Below, one piece after another: positions 57,290-64,000 of a DNA stretch of 64,000 nt (position 1 is its first letter; each line of letters opens with the position of its first letter). The DNA is from the human T2T-CHM13v2.0 reference genome, Homo sapiens: assembly GCF_009914755.1 (NCBI RefSeq), contig NC_060933.1; one strand, 5' to 3'. The position numbers were made by a program, and so were the translations under genes. Under the pieces are notes generated by a model. That model was not told the origin of the DNA. It searched no databases and worked only from the letters and a program-made list of their open reading frames with translations.

Positions 57290-57460
57290 CTGAGTATTAA
57301 CTAGTGCCAACCGCTATATTCTAAACTCTTTTCATGTGTTAATTTAATCCTCATACAACCCTGGAGGTAGATGTCTTATTATCTCAATTTCACAGAAAGT
57401 GAGGCACAGAAAGATTCAATAACTTACCTAATTCACAAAACTGCCTACTATATGGTTGAG
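57290..57460 (-). mobile_element. MIR
   Basis: atttaatcctcatacaaccctggaggtag...attatctcaatttcacagaaagtgaggcacagaaag. Confidence 0.75.
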
Positions 57461-57692
57461 CCTATAAAGCCTATTATGTGGCATTACAGTTAGTTTGCAT
57501 TTCTACTGCCCTTTTTGTCCTTGAGCAACTTCAGGGCAGATGGTCACATCTGTTTACGTTGGTGTCTCCAAAGGCCTAACACAAGGTTCTTATATGGCAT
57601 CAATGACCATTGCTGATGTGAATGAAACCCAGAAAAGTACAGGTGATTTAAAATTGAATTTTTTATTTTTCTTAATTCTTTTCTTCCCACAG

Positions 57693-57851
57693 ATAATTTT
57701 GCTCATCGAACTGAAGTTCAGAAAGCCTTGGCCAAAGATAAGGAATGGCAAGAACAATTCCTCATTCCAAATTTGGCTCTCATTGATAAACAAGAGAGTG
57801 AGATTACTTATCTGGTACCATGGTGCAAATTAGAAAAACCTCCAAAAGAAG
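57693..57851 (+). CDS. NIPSNAP3A: NIPSNAP3A coding exon 3 (159 nt)
   Basis: ttcccacag|AT AAT TTT...GAA G|gtaagt; (D)NFAHRTEVQKALAKDKEWQEQFLIPNLALIDKQESEITYLVPWCKLEKPPKE; phases consistent. Confidence 0.96.
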
Positions 57852-59337
57852 GTAAGTCCTTCCTTCTTAGTCACTGAGTTTTGATGAATAAAATACTAAA
57901 GAACTTAAGTGATCAAAACTGAAGTTCCTTTGGAAAAAAATAAAATTAATTCTTTGTTTTATATAGAAACATACAGTGATTGTTGTGGTAAAAATAAATG
58001 GGAGCTCTTACCCCATCCTTTAAAAAAATGAGCATAAAATAATGAGATATTTTTCAAATTGAGACCTTGCAGATTTGTAAAGCTTAACTGTGTTATAGAG
58101 AAAGCTGACATGGTCAGTAGAGGTTGAGAATTTGTGCATTGGGAGCAGAGAACGTGTTGATAGGTAAGGGATAGCATAAGAAGTTTTGCCATAATTTTAA
58201 AATAATATGATCTTTAAAATGTAAAAGTATTTCCATAAATTATAACTAATCTTAAATCATTAAATACAGCTTTGCTTATAAAACTGAGTATTTGGGGGAA
58301 ACAGATTAAGTGAAACTGCTAAGCTATATTACTTTAATCTAACTTTTGTGTCTTCTTTCTTGTTTCTCAGTTTGAAAGTAATTGCTTAAGATTTGTCTTC
58401 TTGCTGATTTCACTTCTTGCTGACTTAAAGAAACTATTACCTCAATCCAGTTTTAAATAAAGGTCAGATTAGAAAAGCATAAACTTATTTAAATGTTATT
58501 TTACTTCCCCCATTATTCCCAACTTTGTAGTGTATTTAGGTTACAAAAAATTTACAAAGTCTTCCTTGGATCTTTACCTACTTAGGTGTCCCCTCAGCTC
58601 TCAGCACTATCTAAATAAAATAGTTCACTTCTCTGACAGTGTCAAATCTTGGTTCTCCTCCTCTGTGTACATCATTGCTTGGAAATTTTTACATGCTTTT
58701 CCTACTTGTCCCAGAGTTTCTTTCTCTCCACCAGCCCTATACTTCTGTCCAAAGTGTACAATACTTTTCAAGTATTTACCTGGATATTTAGGAAAAATAA
58801 AACCATCTCTTTAGGTTTGTCTTTTTTCCTCCAAAATTCAAAGATATCACTTCAGGTCCACTCTTTGCTTTGCTGTTCCTGTTAAAAATGGAAACTTATA
58901 GGGAGAAATTATATGAAGAAAAACATAGTGGAAATTGGAAAGAATGAAAATATAGATTGGAAAATTCTTCTTTTATTCTTTTATTTTCTAAAAGCATAGA
59001 CTTTTGCAGCTCAAAATTCTATATCATTATACATTCTCAACAGTTTTTTAACAAATGTTATAGATTAAAAATATTTCAGATAATAGTTATAATAGCTTCC
59101 AGTTCTTTTTCTTTGTCATCTGTATGATTAAGCATAACAACTCACTCTTAAACATGGGCAAGGACTTTCTAAGCATAAAAGCAGAGAGTGCAAATATAAT
59201 AAACATGTCTACATAATATGTATGCATGTCTGATCCTCCAAATCTGTGTGTGTAGATAGTGAAAGACTATTCACTGAGAAACGTGATTGGATATTGCTTG
59301 AATGTTTTCTGAAAAATTCTTTTTCTCCCTATTCCAG

Positions 59338-59487
59338 GAGTCTATGAACTGGCCACTTTTCAGATGAAACCTGGTGGGCCAGCTCTGTGGGGTGATGCAT
59401 TTAAAAGGGCAGTTCATGCTCATGTCAATCTAGGCTACACAAAACTAGTTGGAGTGTTCCACACAGAGTACGGAGCACTCAACAGAG
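59338..59487 (+). CDS. NIPSNAP3A: NIPSNAP3A coding exon 4 (150 nt)
   Basis: attccag|GA GTC TAT...AAC AGA G|gtacaa; (G)VYELATFQMKPGGPALWGDAFKRAVHAHVNLGYTKLVGVFHTEYGALNR. Confidence 0.96.
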
Positions 59488-59745
59488 GTACAATTGTCCA
59501 TTTCTTCTTATATGAAATTGTAATATATATTGTGACCTAAGTTCCTTGGGTCAGGTTCTTTCTCATTATAGAGTATGTTTTATTATTTATTGCCAAATGT
59601 TTAGTTTTTTGTAATTTTTAAAATTGAGAAAATCTGTTTTACATCTTATTTATTTAGAATGTTAACTTATGAAACCTTCAAATGCTGAATAGCTGTTTTC
59701 CCTGATACATCAAAATGATTAAATTTTTTAAACTGAACGAACCTC

Positions 59746-60041
<296 letters not shown>

Positions 60042-60427
60042 TGAAGGAACCTCAAGAAATAGTCTGTTACTTTCATCATTTCTTTTTCCTCTGAATGTAC
60101 TTTTATTGATTTTTTAAAAATAATATTATTTGGGGTAGGGAGATTATCTCTAAGCAAAAAAGTAATATATGTTTTGTATAAATATTAAAACCCCCCTCAT
60201 AAAAATTTACCCATTTTCCACCAGTTTTATATATATCTATATAGGGAGATATAGTAAATATGTATATATATTGAGGTAAATTTATATATGGATATAAATT
60301 TATTTAATAAAACACATACTTGGGGTATTTAACTTGTAATGTTGAAAAACATTTCAATCAGAATTTCAAGATTTTTTGTGGCAAATTCAGAAAAACATTT
60401 GTAAAGTTTATCTGAAAGGATAAAAGA

Positions 60428-60720
60428 GCTGATGAGGTAGCTCATACCTGTAATTCCAGCGCTTTTGGGAGGCTGAGGCTGGTGGATTGCTTAAGCCCAG
60501 GAGTTCACGACTAGCCTGGGCAACACAGCTTGTCTCTACAAAAAAAATTTTAAGAATTAGTTGGGCATGGTGGCAAACACCTGTAGTCCTAGCTACTTGG
60601 GAGGCTGAGGTGGGAGGATTGCTTGAGCCAGGAGTTCAAGGCTACAGTAAGCTATGATTGCACCACTGCACTCCAACCCCTGAACGACATAGTGAGACCC
60701 TGTCTCTTAAAAAAAAAAAA
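60428..60720 (+). mobile_element. AluJ
   Basis: ggattgcttgagccaggagttcaaggctacagt diagnostic; poly(A) tail. Confidence 0.88.
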
Positions 60721-61598
60721 GTAACGAAGAAAGGATAAATGTCTAAGAATAGCTAACAAATATTTGAAAGACTCATCATAATATCCTGTTGCCTTTCTAT
60801 TATCTCTTTATGTCCAATGGACATCTCAAACCTAATATACCCATCTTTATGCAGAAATTCAACTTCTTGTAATAATCTATCATAAGAAAATAGAATATAT
60901 AAAAACAGATGTATATTCAGGTTGGAAAATACATGGAGGAGAAACTGTTATGAAAATTATTAGATGCCTATCTCACACCATATGCGAAAATAAAGTCAAG
61001 CTGGATTGTATATTTTAATGAAAAAAATTTAATTCATAAAATTGGTAAAACAAAATGTAGATGAATTTATTTAATAATGTGGATTGGGACTATATTTGTA
61101 AGCCAAAAGCAAATGAAGAAACTATGAAGAAAAAAAAATCAACTTATGATTTTATTATACAAAGGCTCAAACTATCTGGATGCCTGAAAATCACCATAAA
61201 TGAAATTCAAAAGCAAAAATAAAAATAAAAATTTATGCAAAAGTAGACATGCACATGGCTACTAAATATATATTAAAGAAAATGCATATTAAAACAATAA
61301 TGAGATGCCATTTCTTTACCTTATAAAAGGTATACTTACATGGATATAGTATTAGGTCAGGAAAAAATAAGTACTCAGATACTGTGTAGGGTTCATATTA
61401 GCTTAATCTTCCCCCAAAATTTGAGAATAAAAATAAAAGCATTTTTATTGTTTTTGCCAGTATTACTTCTAGAAAATATGCCTGGGTGTGTATGTGTATA
61501 GGTGTGCTAAATTATACAGAAAAGAAATTTGAAAGTATATAACATACATAGTAGTCATATTTCAGTGAGATAAATGGTTAAGTCTCTATGTTAATATT

Positions 61599-61878
61599 CT
61601 TTTTTTTTTTTTTTTTTGAGATGGAGCCTCGCTCTGTGGAGTGCAGGTACGATCTCAGCTCCCTGCAACCTCCGCCTCCTTGGTTCAGGCGGTTCTCCTG
61701 CCTCAGCCTCCCAAGTAGCTGGGATTACAGCTGTGTGCCACCATGCCCAGCTAATTTTTGTATTTTTAGTAGAGACAGGATTTCACCAGGCTGGTCTCAA
61801 ACTCCTGACCACAGGTGATCCGCCCGCCTCGGCCTCCCAAAGTGGTGGGATAAGAGGCCTGAGCCACTACACCTAGCC
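61599..61878 (-). mobile_element. Alu (AluS) with internal deletions, antisense in intron 4
   Basis: T-run followed by a reverse-complement dimer. Confidence 0.92.
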
Positions 61879-62119
61879 TCTACCTTAATTTTCTATACTG
61901 CACATATTAAGTTTTATTTTTTTAAAAACTACAGAAAATGTGTGTTCATACACTTTTTAATCTTAAATTCATTCTCAGTGTTAGGAGAATTGGTAATCAG
62001 TACATCATTTCTGGAGGACAGTGTATACTATATACACTATATGTAAGTACATATATATAAGACATGCTCTTTGGTTCTGTCAACTTAAATTCTACTTTAT
62101 ATTAAGGAAATAATCAGAT

Positions 62120-62330
62120 TCAGACTGCCTGGGTTTGAATCCCAGGTACACTACTTACTTTTTGACTTTGGGTAAGTAAACCTCACCATACCTTAGTTTT
62201 TTCATCTATAAAATGATAGATTATTATGAGGACCTAGATTATTATGAGGATTAAATGAGTTAATACATTAAAATGCTTAAAACTAGGCCTGACACATAGT
62301 TATCATTCAATAAATGTCAGTAGTTGTCAT
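62120..62330 (+). mobile_element. MIR
   Basis: cagactgcctgggtttgaatcccagg...catctataaaatg...gaggattaaatgagttaatac. Confidence 0.82.
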
Positions 62331-62519
62331 CGAAAGTATTATTATAAACACATAGTTGTGCTCAAATGAAGTTTATGTTAATATTGTTTACATTAAAGAA
62401 ACATTGGAAATGTAGTATGACCTTCTTTATGTAATACATACGTAATACAGAAATCGATATACATGTACGTCATATCGTGTATTTACATAAGCATAAGCAA
62501 ATATGCTTATATATGTTTA

Positions 62520-62786
<267 letters not shown>

Positions 62787-63334
62787 TTAATCTGCATTTT
62801 CCTATACATCTAACATGTATATATTACAATTATAAAAACTTCATAAGCAATTTTGTACAAGAACAACATTTATTCCAGTATTTTATAGAATACTGAAATA
62901 TTGGAAATAGTCTAAATAGTCAACAATAAGGGGTTGACATAATAAGTTGCTGTATCTGTAAGGAGGAATTTATATAACCATTAAAAATTAATATTGCCAT
63001 AGAAAATACTGTTTTTAAAAACTTGTTACTAAGCTAAATCTGTTATTATAATATACAATAAGACCCTGATTTGGTTTTACTCATATTTTCTAAAGGAAAT
63101 ACAATAAATTTCCATAGAGGTTTTCTCTATACTGTTAACATTATACCACTTTCAATTTTCTTCTTTGTATAATGTAAAATTTTAATAATAAGCACAATTT
63201 GCTCATAATTTTGCTTTTTTAAAAATCAAGGGAAAATATAGTAGGAAATCATAAAATTTGGGTCTTGTCTTGATTGTGCCTCTAGCTGTTTTACTTCAGT
63301 ACTTCCGTTTTCCAGCCTTCTATTTCTTCATCTA

Positions 63335-63808
<474 letters not shown>

Positions 63809-63867
63809 TTATTTCTTATTTGTTAAGGCCATATTTTTTAGAAGCTACTTGTGGTTTATTTCTGCAG

Positions 63868-63954
63868 TTCATGTTCTTTGGTGGAATGAGAGTGCAGATA
63901 GTCGTGCAGCTGGGAGACATAAGTCCCATGAGGATCCCAGAGTTGTGGCAGCTG
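63868..63954 (+). CDS. NIPSNAP3A: NIPSNAP3A coding exon 5 (87 nt); the final exon is beyond the window
   Basis: tttctgcag|TT CAT GTT...GCA GCT G|gtaagc; (V)HVLWWNESADSRAAGRHKSHEDPRVVAA. Confidence 0.96.
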
Positions 63955-64000
63955 GTAAGCTGTTTGACTAGGCATGAATTATTTTTAGAACAAATGTGTT

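Overview
This is primate, almost certainly human, genomic DNA matching chr9q31.1. It covers the distal edge of the OR13 olfactory receptor cluster and the start of the NIPSNAP3A/NIPSNAP3B/ABCA1 region. It contains the last 79 codons of OR13D1 (1-240), a disrupted paralogue (probably OR13D3P, 27126-28062), and the CpG-island promoter plus coding exons 1-5 of NIPSNAP3A (52583-63954; the last exon lies beyond the window). Most of the rest is interspersed repeat: three large + strand L1s, older L1M pieces, about 20 Alus, two ERV1 solo LTRs, MLT1 LTRs, MIR, L2 and a Charlie DNA transposon. Nearly all other ORFs in the track are Alu, L1 or low-complexity artefacts. I found no convincing new gene or biological system. 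The best leads are regulatory or evolutionary: (1) a sense MER61 LTR just upstream of an ATG-initiated NIPSNAP3A exon 2, which could give an isoform without the presequence; (2) a CTCF-like motif at the OR/housekeeping boundary; (3) an AluY with an inverted mutation spectrum; (4) a template-switch hairpin inside an Alu; (5) a traceable OR13D duplication unit showing microsatellite birth. Repeat subfamily names and gene identities come from recalled consensus and protein sequences, not from a search.
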